Sequence record: OQ427096.1
Length of the DNA stretch: 64,000 nt
Direction: 5' to 3' (one strand)
Part shown: in pieces, positions 56,504-64,000 of the stretch
Numbering within the stretch: position 1 is the first letter of the stretch
Layout of the letters: each line of letters opens with the position of its first letter
Made by a program: the position numbers and the translations under genes
The notes under the pieces: generated by a model
The model's database searches: none
Told to the model about the DNA's origin: nothing
What the model saw: the letters and a program-made list of their open reading frames with translations, nothing else

Positions 56504-57565
56504 ATGAAGATTGCAATGATTACCGATCAGCACTTTGGTGTTCGCAATGGCTCCAAGTTCTTCTTGGACAACTACGAGAAGTTCTACAATGAGATCTTCT
56601 TCCCGACTATCGACGAACTAGGCATCACTCACCTCTGGATGCTCGGTGACTTTTGGGAATACCGCACTCGTATTGACGTGGTTACTCTGTGGCGCGCTCA
56701 AGAGATCTTCCTTGACCGCCTTGAGGAACGTGGCATTCAAGTAACCATCATCTATGGTAACCACGACGTCGCCTACAAGAATCGAAACGACATCAACTCG
56801 ATCGACTTCTTGGCGAAGATGTACAAGAACATCCATGTGGTCAAGACACACGAGACGATTGAGTTTGATGGGACTCCTGTCAACTTCCTGAGCTGGGTGA
56901 ACAACTCCAACCTGGCAGATAGTCTCGAGTTCATCAAGAACTGTCCGCCTACCATCCTGTGTGGTCACTTTGAGATCAAGTCGTTTGAAATGATCAAGGG
57001 TCATGTATGTGAACACGGCTTCGACAAGAGCCTGTTTGATCGCTTTGATCAGGTCTATTCAGGACACTTCCACACGGTCTCCACCGACGGTCGAATCTTC
57101 TACATCTCAAATCCATCTCAGACCAATTGGTCCGACTACGGTCTCGACAAAGGTTTCCGAATCTTTGACACGACCACTCGAGAGTTGGAATTTGTTCCAA
57201 ATCCGTTTGATGTCTACTCCAAGATCGCCTATAATGACGACATTGATATCGTAGAGTTTGACTACGATGGATATGCCGATAAGATCGTTCGCGTCTATGT
57301 GCAGTCTTACTCTTCGACAAACCAGCACAAGCTGAGTCTGTTCCTCGAGAAGTTGAACAAGGTTGTCTATAGCGCAGACCTGATCGAGATCGACGAGACT
57401 CAATTCAATAGCGAGACTGGTGACCTGCAATTCGTAGACAACCATGAGCTGATTGAGAAATACATCGAAGAGGTTGTCCAGAGCCCAACCATTGACAAGA
57501 ACGTCCTCAAAGGCATGTTCAAGGAAATGTACCGTGAGGCACTGGATATGGCAGAGACAGAATGA
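56504..57565 (+). CDS. gp47: Recombination endonuclease gp47 (Mre11/SbcD-like)
   Basis: ITDQHFGVR, LGD, GNHD, GHFE and SGHFH motifs. Confidence 0.95.
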   Translation: MKIAMITDQHFGVRNGSKFFLDNYEKFYNEIFFPTIDELGITHLWMLGDFWEYRTRIDVVTLWRAQEIFLDRLEERGIQVTIIYGNHDVAYKNRNDINSIDFLAKMYKNIHVVKTHETIEFDGTPVNFLSWVNNSNLADSLEFIKNCPPTILCGHFEIKSFEMIKGHVCEHGFDKSLFDRFDQVYSGHFHTVSTDGRIFYISNPSQTNWSDYGLDKGFRIFDTTTRELEFVPNPFDVYSKIAYNDDIDIVEFDYDGYADKIVRVYVQSYSSTNQHKLSLFLEKLNKVVYSADLIEIDETQFNSETGDLQFVDNHELIEKYIEEVVQSPTIDKNVLKGMFKEMYREALDMAETE

Positions 57566-57780
57566 CAACTTATGTAGATGAAATGAGAACAGAGCTTCTT
57601 GGATATGCGGCTCTTGATCCTGAAATCCTTGCATTCATGCGCAAGCGTTTGCCTAGGATCATCGCTGAAGAACTTGTAGGTGTCCAACCAATGGATGAAG
57701 GTGGCAAGGCCTTTGAGGAGCTCTATCAGCATCTTAAAGCGACTAACAAAGCCTTTGTCTTTTCGAGCAATTTTGAATGA
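57562..57780 (+). CDS. Small protein carrying a gp23-like segment
   Basis: MRKRLPRIIAEELVGVQPM matches gp23 VRRMAPKLIAYDILGVQPM; ATGA overlaps on both sides. Confidence 0.7.
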   Translation: MTTYVDEMRTELLGYAALDPEILAFMRKRLPRIIAEELVGVQPMDEGGKAFEELYQHLKATNKAFVFSSNFE

Positions 57781-59495
57781 TCTATTTTCGTAAACTGAGA
57801 TTCAAGAATATCTTGTCCTTCGGCGACGTTATGACCGAAGTACAGCTGGATCGCTCACCATCAACAATGGTCATCGGAAAGAATGGTGTCGGTAAGAGTT
57901 CTCTCTTGCTGGACACCCTCGCCTTTGGTCTGTTTGGTAAGCCTTTCCGCAAGATCAAGAAAGAGCATCTGATCAACACTAAGAATGGTAGAGATGCTCT
58001 GGTTGAGATTGAGTTTGACAAGGATGGCAAGAGCTACCTTGTTCGCCGAGGCATCAAGCCTGGCATTTTTGAGATCTTCGAGGACGGTAAGCTCCTGAAT
58101 CAGGAAGCCAACAACCGCGACTATCAGAAGATCTTCGAGCAGCAGATCCTCTGTATGAACTACGACGCTGCCTGTCAGATCATTCTGGTTGGTAAGGCTC
58201 AGCACACGATGTTCATGCAGCTCAACACTGGCGAACGTCGCAAGTTTGTTGAGGTTGTGCTGAACCTGATCGTGTTCTCAAACATGGCACGTCTGCACAA
58301 TGCAAAGACGACCGAGCTTCGTAACCGTATCGGTGAACTCAAGACTGCAATCACTGTCGCAGCAGAGAAGATCAAGATTCGCAAGAAGTACATTGATGAC
58401 CTCAAGAACGCTGATAAGCAAAATGCAGCAGCAGAACTTGAACGTATCAATGCTCAGATTGACGAGATCACTGCTCAGTTGACTGAGCTACATGCGCGTA
58501 AGAGCGAGATTGAAACGGTTGAAGGTATTGACAGGGATGCCTATAAGAAGGCGATGAATCATCTGTCTGAGCACTCCAAGATGATCGTCAAGCTGGACAC
58601 TTCGCTGTCTCAGATTGAGAACAGTCTGCGCCAGTTGAACAAGTCTCAGGATTGCCCTACCTGCCATCGTCCTCTAGAACATGAGGATCATGCTAAGCAA
58701 GTCGATCACCTTACAGACAAGAAAGCCAAGATCGATCTGGCAAAGATGGAGCTGTCTGTTCGCATTCAGCAATTTGAGTCGGTCGTGGCTGAATTCGAGG
58801 TTGCGGTTGCTAAGTACGACGCCTACATCGACAAGGTTCGCTCGGTTGACATGCAGATTGCATCGGCTGAATCCAAGCGAGACTTCCTGGTCGCTGAGAC
58901 AAAGAAGGAACGTCACAGTCAGGCAGACAAGATCAAGGAAGCAAACGGCGAGTTGAAAAAGCTCGAGGACATGCACACCGCTCTGGTAGACAAGCTGGAA
59001 CAGCTTTATACTAAGAGTGATTACATGAGCCTGATTGGAACGATGCTGCAGGACAAGGGTATCAAGACAATGCTGATCAAGCGCTTCATTCCGATCATCA
59101 ACCATGAGGTCAACACTCACCTCAATCACCTCGGTCTGTTCGTCAACTTCCATCTGGATGAAAACTTTGACGAAACGATCAAGGCACGAGGCTTTGACAC
59201 CCTCGGGTACAATTCGTTCTCAGAAGGTGAGAAGCTGCGCATGGATATGGCGCTTCTGATGGCATGGCGCGATATCGCACGAATGCAGGGCAACGTTGCA
59301 ACAAACATCCTTATCTTTGACGAGATCTTTGACAGCTCACTTGACCAAGGCGGCGCTGACGCATTGGCAGACATGCTTGCACTGGTGAAGGACTTGAACG
59401 TCTTCATCGTCACGCACACTCCAGAGAAGATCATTGACAAAGTCCGTTCAACCATGAAGATCGAGAAAGTCGACGGGTTTAGTAGAATCGTATGA
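57777..59495 (+). CDS. gp46: Recombination ATPase gp46 (Rad50/SbcC-like)
   Basis: GKNGVGKS Walker A, CPTC zinc hook, FSEGEK.R and LIFDEIFDSSLD. Confidence 0.95.
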   Translation: MIYFRKLRFKNILSFGDVMTEVQLDRSPSTMVIGKNGVGKSSLLLDTLAFGLFGKPFRKIKKEHLINTKNGRDALVEIEFDKDGKSYLVRRGIKPGIFEIFEDGKLLNQEANNRDYQKIFEQQILCMNYDAACQIILVGKAQHTMFMQLNTGERRKFVEVVLNLIVFSNMARLHNAKTTELRNRIGELKTAITVAAEKIKIRKKYIDDLKNADKQNAAAELERINAQIDEITAQLTELHARKSEIETVEGIDRDAYKKAMNHLSEHSKMIVKLDTSLSQIENSLRQLNKSQDCPTCHRPLEHEDHAKQVDHLTDKKAKIDLAKMELSVRIQQFESVVAEFEVAVAKYDAYIDKVRSVDMQIASAESKRDFLVAETKKERHSQADKIKEANGELKKLEDMHTALVDKLEQLYTKSDYMSLIGTMLQDKGIKTMLIKRFIPIINHEVNTHLNHLGLFVNFHLDENFDETIKARGFDTLGYNSFSEGEKLRMDMALLMAWRDIARMQGNVATNILIFDEIFDSSLDQGGADALADMLALVKDLNVFIVTHTPEKIIDKVRSTMKIEKVDGFSRIV

Positions 59496-59719
59496 GCACA
59501 TTCTTTCAACAGTTCTTCGAGGACACCTGTAAAAATGTCCTTAGCAATCATCTCGGCGAGTTGTCGGATGAGGTAACATATCAAGAGATCCGTATTGATC
59601 TAGCCGAATATGCTAGACTCACGGGAGTCCAAATTGTTATGAAGGTCGTTGGACCAAGGCACCTGAACTTCTCTACATGGAGTCAGGACGTTCAGTATTT
59701 CTATGACTACCAATGGTAA
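59492..59719 (+). CDS. Hypothetical protein
   Basis: 75 aa; ATGA-coupled to gp46. Confidence 0.5.
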   Translation: MSTFFQQFFEDTCKNVLSNHLGELSDEVTYQEIRIDLAEYARLTGVQIVMKVVGPRHLNFSTWSQDVQYFYDYQW

Positions 59720-59725
59720 AAGATC

Positions 59726-59890
59726 ATGAGTAAGCGTTTGACCCAGTACTTCTATCTGTACGAACTCGGTGAGAACACCATCACCGAGCGCATCACATTC
59801 TTTGAGGGCGAACGCCCCGAGGCTCTTGCCATTCCCGGTTGGAAGGGTTGGTTGGACGAGTTGGTCCATGCAGGTGAAGCTGCATTTTGA
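59726..59890 (+). CDS. Small hypothetical protein (54 aa, below ORF track cutoff)
   Basis: MSKRLTQYFYLYELGENTITERITFFEGERPEALAIPGWKGWLDELVHAGEAAF* read directly; fills the gap before the gp45 promoter. Confidence 0.5.
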   Translation: MSKRLTQYFYLYELGENTITERITFFEGERPEALAIPGWKGWLDELVHAGEAAF

Positions 59891-59910
59891 TACATGCCTG
59901 AGGTTACATG

Positions 59911-59940
59911 TTGCCTCAGTCACCTACCTGTTAGTATAAG
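59911..59940 (+). promoter_or_regulatory. Possible sigma70-like promoter for the gp45 operon
   Basis: TTGCCT-N18-TATAAG upstream of the AGGAG RBS of gp45. Confidence 0.4.
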
Positions 59941-59970
59941 CACATATTGTTCACTTAGGAGTTGTAAATT

Positions 59971-60609
59971 ATGAGTTTGTCATCTGAAACTTTGAATGTT
60001 CTGAAGAACTTTGCCTCGATCAACCAGGGTCTCCTGTTCAAGCCAGGCAATCGTCTTCGTACTCTGTCCGTTCTGAAGAACGTGTTCGCTGTCGCTGAAA
60101 TCAACGACGAGATTACTCGCGAGTTCGCTATCTACGACCTCAACGAGTTCCTGGGCACGATCAGCCTGTTCTCCAAGCCGCACCTGACCTTCAATGAAGA
60201 TCACATCCTGATTCAGGACGGCAAGACCAAGGTCAAGTACTTCTATAGCTCGCCGGCAGTTGTTGTGTCGCCGCCGGACAAGGATATCGTGCTGACCGAT
60301 CCGCTGCTGACCTTCGAACTGACCGAAGGCAACATCAACCAGATTCAGAAGGCTGCGGCTACTCTGAAACTGAAGGAACTGTCGATCCGCGAAGGCAAGC
60401 TGACCGCACTCAACTCGGGTGGCGTTGGCAATCAGATCACCATTGAGCTGGATACCGAAGGCAAGATGAGTGACGAGAAGCTCGTCAAGATCGAGAACCT
60501 GAAGCTCATCGAAGGTTCGTATAATGTCAAGGTCTTCGAGCAGGCAGTTGAGTTCAGCCACATGACCAAGCCGGGTCTCGTCTACCTGGTCACCGTCGAG
60601 GCCAAGTAA
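59971..60609 (+). CDS. gp45: Sliding clamp gp45
   Basis: MSLS.ETL.VLKNFASINQ.L; FAIYDLNEFL. Confidence 0.95.
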   Translation: MSLSSETLNVLKNFASINQGLLFKPGNRLRTLSVLKNVFAVAEINDEITREFAIYDLNEFLGTISLFSKPHLTFNEDHILIQDGKTKVKYFYSSPAVVVSPPDKDIVLTDPLLTFELTEGNINQIQKAAATLKLKELSIREGKLTALNSGGVGNQITIELDTEGKMSDEKLVKIENLKLIEGSYNVKVFEQAVEFSHMTKPGLVYLVTVEAK

Positions 60610-60610
60610 G

Positions 60611-61027
60611 ATGACGGCCATCTTCGGGAACATTCTCGATCAGGCGCTGGAGCTAAACCTCCAGCGCCAGGCCATCAATGCTAACTACCGACACAACTTC
60701 GAGCCACACATGTGGATGCGCGAGTTCTGTACGGTTCGCCTGCAGATCGGTCGTGGTTGTGGTCACACAATGGCAATCCGCTCTCGTTCTAAGCGAGATG
60801 ATTTGGTGATTGTTCCGTCGTCATTCCATATCATGACGATGTCTGAGAATCGAGTAGAGAAGCCTACTGTCATTTCCTCGACTGATCCGAATGCCATTGT
60901 CCTTCGCGGAAAGACTTTCAAGCGAATCTGGGTTGATGATGCTTCGATTCGTTCTGATGGTGATATTCGGAATGTGTATGTGATTGCATTGATGCATCGT
61001 GCCGAACAAATTATCCTTGTAGGCTGA
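60611..61027 (+). CDS. Hypothetical protein with degenerate P-loop-like motifs
   Basis: IGRGCGHT (Walker A-like) and RIWVDDA (Walker B-like). Confidence 0.6.
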   Translation: MTAIFGNILDQALELNLQRQAINANYRHNFEPHMWMREFCTVRLQIGRGCGHTMAIRSRSKRDDLVIVPSSFHIMTMSENRVEKPTVISSTDPNAIVLRGKTFKRIWVDDASIRSDGDIRNVYVIALMHRAEQIILVG

Positions 61028-61051
61028 TTTAACAACTGTGAGATATTGATA

Positions 61052-61996
61052 ATGAGTGACGAGAAAGAAATGTACCTGTGGAGTGAGAACTATCGTCCGC
61101 ACACTGTGAATGACTGTATTCTTCCTCCACGTTTGAAGACCTACTTCCAGGCAATTGTGGATAAGGGACAACTGGCCAATATGACATTGGTTGGTGGACC
61201 GGGTACAGGTAAGACCACCGTCGCACGTGCGATGTGTGAAGAGCTGAAAATCGATCATATCGTCATCAACGCGTCTGAGAACGGCAACATTGAGACGATT
61301 CGTACTACGGTACGACAGTTTGCATCGACGGTCAGCTTCGGAGGTGGCATCAAGGCCATCATCCTGGACGAGGCGGACGGTCTGACCAAGAATGCTCAGC
61401 AAGCTCTGCGCGCCTCGATTGAAGAGTTTGCAGGCAACTGCCGCTTCATCTTTACCGGCAACTTCGGTAACCAGATCATTGAACCTCTGACCAGTCGAGC
61501 ACCGATCGTTGAGATCGTCTTCTCGAAGGAAGAGAAGAAGGCTCTGCTGATGGAGTTCTTGAAGAAGGTTGCAGGTGTCCTTAAGTCGAAGGGTATCGCA
61601 TTCACTCCTGAAGAACTGACTCAGGTCATCGTCAAGAACTTCCCTGACTTCCGTAAGACTTGGAACCTGATCCAGCGTTATTCGGCTAACGGTTCACTCG
61701 AGATTACGAGTCAGACTGGTATCAATGATGGTGCTCTGAAAGAACTGATTGATTACCTAAAGGGTAAGAAGTTTGGCGACATGCGCAAGTGGGTCGTTGA
61801 TCACCTCGACAATGATGCAGCATCTCTGCGTCGCAGCCTGTATGAAAAGATGGCTGTCTTTGTCAAGCCTCAGAGCATTCCTCAGCTGGTTCTGATCATC
61901 GCAGAGTACGACTATAAGGAAGGTCACGTCATGGACAAGGAAATCAACACCGTTGCGATGTTGACTACCATGATGGCGGACGTTGAATTCGTATAA
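61052..61996 (+). CDS. gp44: Clamp loader large subunit gp44
   Basis: LW.E.YRP.TV.DCILP; GGPGTGKT; INAS; ILDEAD; SR motif. Confidence 0.95.
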   Translation: MSDEKEMYLWSENYRPHTVNDCILPPRLKTYFQAIVDKGQLANMTLVGGPGTGKTTVARAMCEELKIDHIVINASENGNIETIRTTVRQFASTVSFGGGIKAIILDEADGLTKNAQQALRASIEEFAGNCRFIFTGNFGNQIIEPLTSRAPIVEIVFSKEEKKALLMEFLKKVAGVLKSKGIAFTPEELTQVIVKNFPDFRKTWNLIQRYSANGSLEITSQTGINDGALKELIDYLKGKKFGDMRKWVVDHLDNDAASLRRSLYEKMAVFVKPQSIPQLVLIIAEYDYKEGHVMDKEINTVAMLTTMMADVEFV

Positions 61997-62013
61997 ATAT
62001 CTAGGAGGTAACA

Positions 62014-62418
62014 ATGGCATCTATGAGTCCATTTGATATCGCCTCGCACATCAACGAGAAGAAAGGTGTGCTGGATGTTGAAGAAATTGGCTATAGTTCG
62101 TACGTAGTCAACAAGGTACTGTCGAATACAATTGATAGTGTCTTGTTCGCGAATGAGATGAATCGTTACTGGGGACTTCCAACCCAGGCGCAATTTGACT
62201 TCTATTACCATGGTCTGCCGAAGAAGAAGCGTTTCGGCAAGTGGCACAAGAATCAGGACGACACCGCGTCGCTCGATCTAATTCAGGAATACTACGGATA
62301 TAGTCGGAAACGAGCCAAAGATGTGCTCGGACTTCTTCGACCTTATCTTGATGACATTCGCAAAGAATTAGAAAAAGGTGGCAAAAATGTCGCAAAACAG
62401 AAAGCAGGAACTTCTTGA
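62014..62418 (+). CDS. gp62: Clamp loader small subunit gp62
   Basis: SPFD....IN; Y..Y.VN..LS...D..LFANEMN; K.KRF.KW; ..YY.YS..A; KGG. Confidence 0.9.
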   Translation: MASMSPFDIASHINEKKGVLDVEEIGYSSYVVNKVLSNTIDSVLFANEMNRYWGLPTQAQFDFYYHGLPKKKRFGKWHKNQDDTASLDLIQEYYGYSRKRAKDVLGLLRPYLDDIRKELEKGGKNVAKQKAGTS

Positions 62419-62812
62419 GTCCTTCTTTGAAATTGAACCTTTGAACAAGGATCAGTTTCTAAAGGTACGTGAAACTTTGACCCGTATTGGGTTGCCGAGC
62501 AAGCGCAATGGTGATCAGACTCTTTGGCAGACATGCCACGTCTTCCATAAGCAAGGTCGTTACTACATCGTCCATTTCAAGCAGCTGTTCCTGCTCGATG
62601 GTCGAACAGATGTAACCGACTTTACCGATGAAGATGAAGATCGTCTGGAGTTCATCGTAAACTTGCTTGAGCAGTGGGGTTTGGTCACATCACTGGTTGA
62701 AGTTGACGCCAGAGTTGAATCAAACGTAATGATTATCCCTTATCGCGATAAGCATAAGTGGAGCCTTCGTGTGAAATACTCCTTGGGAAATACTGATAAT
62801 GGCGAGAGCTAA
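62387..62812 (+). CDS. regA: Translational repressor RegA
   Basis: FLKVRETLTRIG......L.Q.CH..HKQGRYYIVHFK.LF.LDG; I..LL..WGL. Confidence 0.95.
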   Translation: MSQNRKQELLESFFEIEPLNKDQFLKVRETLTRIGLPSKRNGDQTLWQTCHVFHKQGRYYIVHFKQLFLLDGRTDVTDFTDEDEDRLEFIVNLLEQWGLVTSLVEVDARVESNVMIIPYRDKHKWSLRVKYSLGNTDNGES

Positions 62813-63410
62813 GAAAGAAGAGCAGGTCACTGACCTGGGCGCGCTGGATATGTCCAGCGTAGCTGTCATCGGACAGATTGCATCGTTCGAAGATGACAAC
62901 GTTGGCTTCTATCAGAAGCGCAACAAGACCATTCCTGATTATGCGACAGAGTTCTCGGCAGGCTTTGACCTGAGCGTTGACATTGAAGCAGGTGACGTGA
63001 TCAACAAGTACGATCATCGTAATCAGAAGATCGAAATCACTGCTCGTGGACAAGACAACGCTCCGGCGCGTCTGTATCTGGAGCCAGGTGATCGTGCTCT
63101 GGTTCCGACTGGCTTGCACGCGGATATCCCGGAAGGCTACTACATCGCGATTCATGCGCGTAGTGGAACTTCCTGGAAACAGGGTCTGATTCTGACAAAT
63201 GGCGTCGCAGTGATTGACGCAGACTACGTGGGCGAGATCTTCATCTCGGTCACCAACAACAGTGGCACCAGGGTAGTCCTAGAAGACGGTGAGCGCATTG
63301 CTCAGGGGCTGCTGATGCCCGTTATCAAGGCGCCCTTCAAGAGGCTTGACACTAAGCCAGCACAAAAAACTAGCCGCGCAGGTGGCTTTGGATCAACAGG
63401 GAGCAAGTAA
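62799..63410 (+). CDS. dut: dUTPase (trimeric)
   Basis: Motifs AGFDL, RSG, GVIDADY-like VAVIDADYVGE, RIAQ and RAGGFGSTG. Confidence 0.95.
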   Translation: MARAKKEEQVTDLGALDMSSVAVIGQIASFEDDNVGFYQKRNKTIPDYATEFSAGFDLSVDIEAGDVINKYDHRNQKIEITARGQDNAPARLYLEPGDRALVPTGLHADIPEGYYIAIHARSGTSWKQGLILTNGVAVIDADYVGEIFISVTNNSGTRVVLEDGERIAQGLLMPVIKAPFKRLDTKPAQKTSRAGGFGSTGSK

Positions 63411-63682
63411 TGAGCGATATCAAGTTGGTATGGACCACTCACGGTCAGATCCTCGGTGAGGTCACCGCCAAGGGCGATGGTTACGAAGTAGAGAATCCGG
63501 TATTCATTTCGCCGGGCGGGCAGGGTGTCAGCATGCTGCCTGTGAACATGTTCTCCGATGAAACGAAGATCACTCTGACGAAAGAGGACCTTCGCTTCGG
63601 TGGTCACCTGTTCGAGCCGATCACTGAGCTGCGCAACGCGTATACTCAGCAGTTCGGGTCAGGGATTCAGCTTCTGAGCTGA
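63410..63682 (+). CDS. Hypothetical protein (Sm-like fold pattern)
   Basis: IKLV....G.ILG.V......V.NP...; ends F.SGIQL; resembles small conserved T4-like ORFs. Confidence 0.6.
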   Translation: MSDIKLVWTTHGQILGEVTAKGDGYEVENPVFISPGGQGVSMLPVNMFSDETKITLTKEDLRFGGHLFEPITELRNAYTQQFGSGIQLLS

Positions 63683-64000
63683 GTCGGCTGAAACGCCATA
63701 TCTCGCCGAGATCAGCTTGCTAACACTTGCTGATCCGGCGATGACGCCTAGATAGGCAAGCCAGATAAACTCAAGTGATGCTGCCGCTGGCGCAGTGATA
63801 TTGATGAATAGGAACGCGATGGTCGCCACAAAACAGGCAACGACGTTCCAGAATTTTGTAGATGACACGGTCAGGGTGCCCGGCTCGTAGAACATAGAGC
63901 TGAGGTCAAGTTTCCTGATTGCCTTGAACAAGACATAAGCAATCATTAGCATGAAGACTAGTGCTGCACATGAGGCAGCAAACAGGAAGCCGTTGGTTCC
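63659..64000 (-). CDS. Membrane protein, possibly holin-like (5' truncated by window edge)
   Basis: Frame stays open to the window end. Three hydrophobic segments and an SSTKFW motif. Confidence 0.5.
   Translation of the reverse strand, partial: GTNGFLFAASCAALVFMLMIAYVLFKAIRKLDLSSMFYEPGTLTVSSTKFWNVVACFVATIAFLFINITAPAAASLEFIWLAYLGVIAGSASVSKLISARYGVSADSAQKLNP

Larger units (their letters stand above)
4228..61999 (+). promoter_or_regulatory. Dispersed late-promoter motif TAAATA (T4 TATAAATA-like, gp55-dependent)
   Basis: Found upstream of late genes at 4228, 4656, 13601, 17383, 21505, 26319, 30093, 31695, 34966, 37911, 38707, 40038, 41355, 43080, 45171, 45664, 46341, 47754, 49800, 50681, 53160 and 61992 (full TATAAATA). 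gp55 is encoded in the window. Confidence 0.75.

Noticed and set aside
1-64000. CRISPR array, tRNA genes, introns/inteins, homing endonucleases, DGR template repeat, recoded stop codons
   Set aside because: None recognised by eye. Core genes have normal lengths and read through in the standard code. No regularly spaced repeats or cloverleafs were seen in the gaps. tRNAscan/Infernal and a self-alignment would be needed to exclude them fully.

Overview
A 64 kb stretch of a lytic T4-superfamily myophage genome. It is not a Tevenvirinae-type layout: no recognisable gp9-12, wac, hoc or gp24, but it has large VrlC/DUF4815-like baseplate proteins. Order on the + strand: baseplate hub genes (gp48, gp53, gp27-like hub, gp5). 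Then an 8.4 kb opposite-strand island of small early or accessory genes (5183-13565) that includes a flotillin/SPFH protein, an ATP-grasp protein, a DUF4262-like protein and a truncated type IV pilin. Then a ~12.7 kb tail-appendage or receptor-binding module (LamG, beta-propeller, repeat and Cys-rich proteins), PAAR, gp25, gp6, gp7-like, gp8, two VrlC-like proteins, neck (gp13-15), terminase (gp16, gp17), sheath, tube, portal, core, protease, scaffold and major capsid (gp18-gp23). Last comes a replication/recombination block (dNMP kinase, gp3, UvsY, UvsW, gp55, gp47, gp46, gp45, gp44, gp62, RegA, dUTPase). Late genes are preceded by a TAAATA motif, and early genes by sigma70-like TTG(T/C)(C/T)(C/T)-N16-18-TAnnnT promoters. 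Best leads: (1) four dispersed small genes with a T4-like capsid-targeting N-terminus, three of them His-rich, as candidate injected effectors; (2) a phage-encoded mini type IV pilin beside a secreted Cys peptide and a flotillin; (3) a gp5 spike whose lysozyme is replaced by an amphipathic helical domain; (4) a shared docking module across four tail proteins, plus a nested permuted LamG insertion; (5) a mini gp23 fragment wedged between gp47 and gp46; (6) two structured non-coding gaps. All product calls come from motif recognition and synteny by eye; no database search was run.
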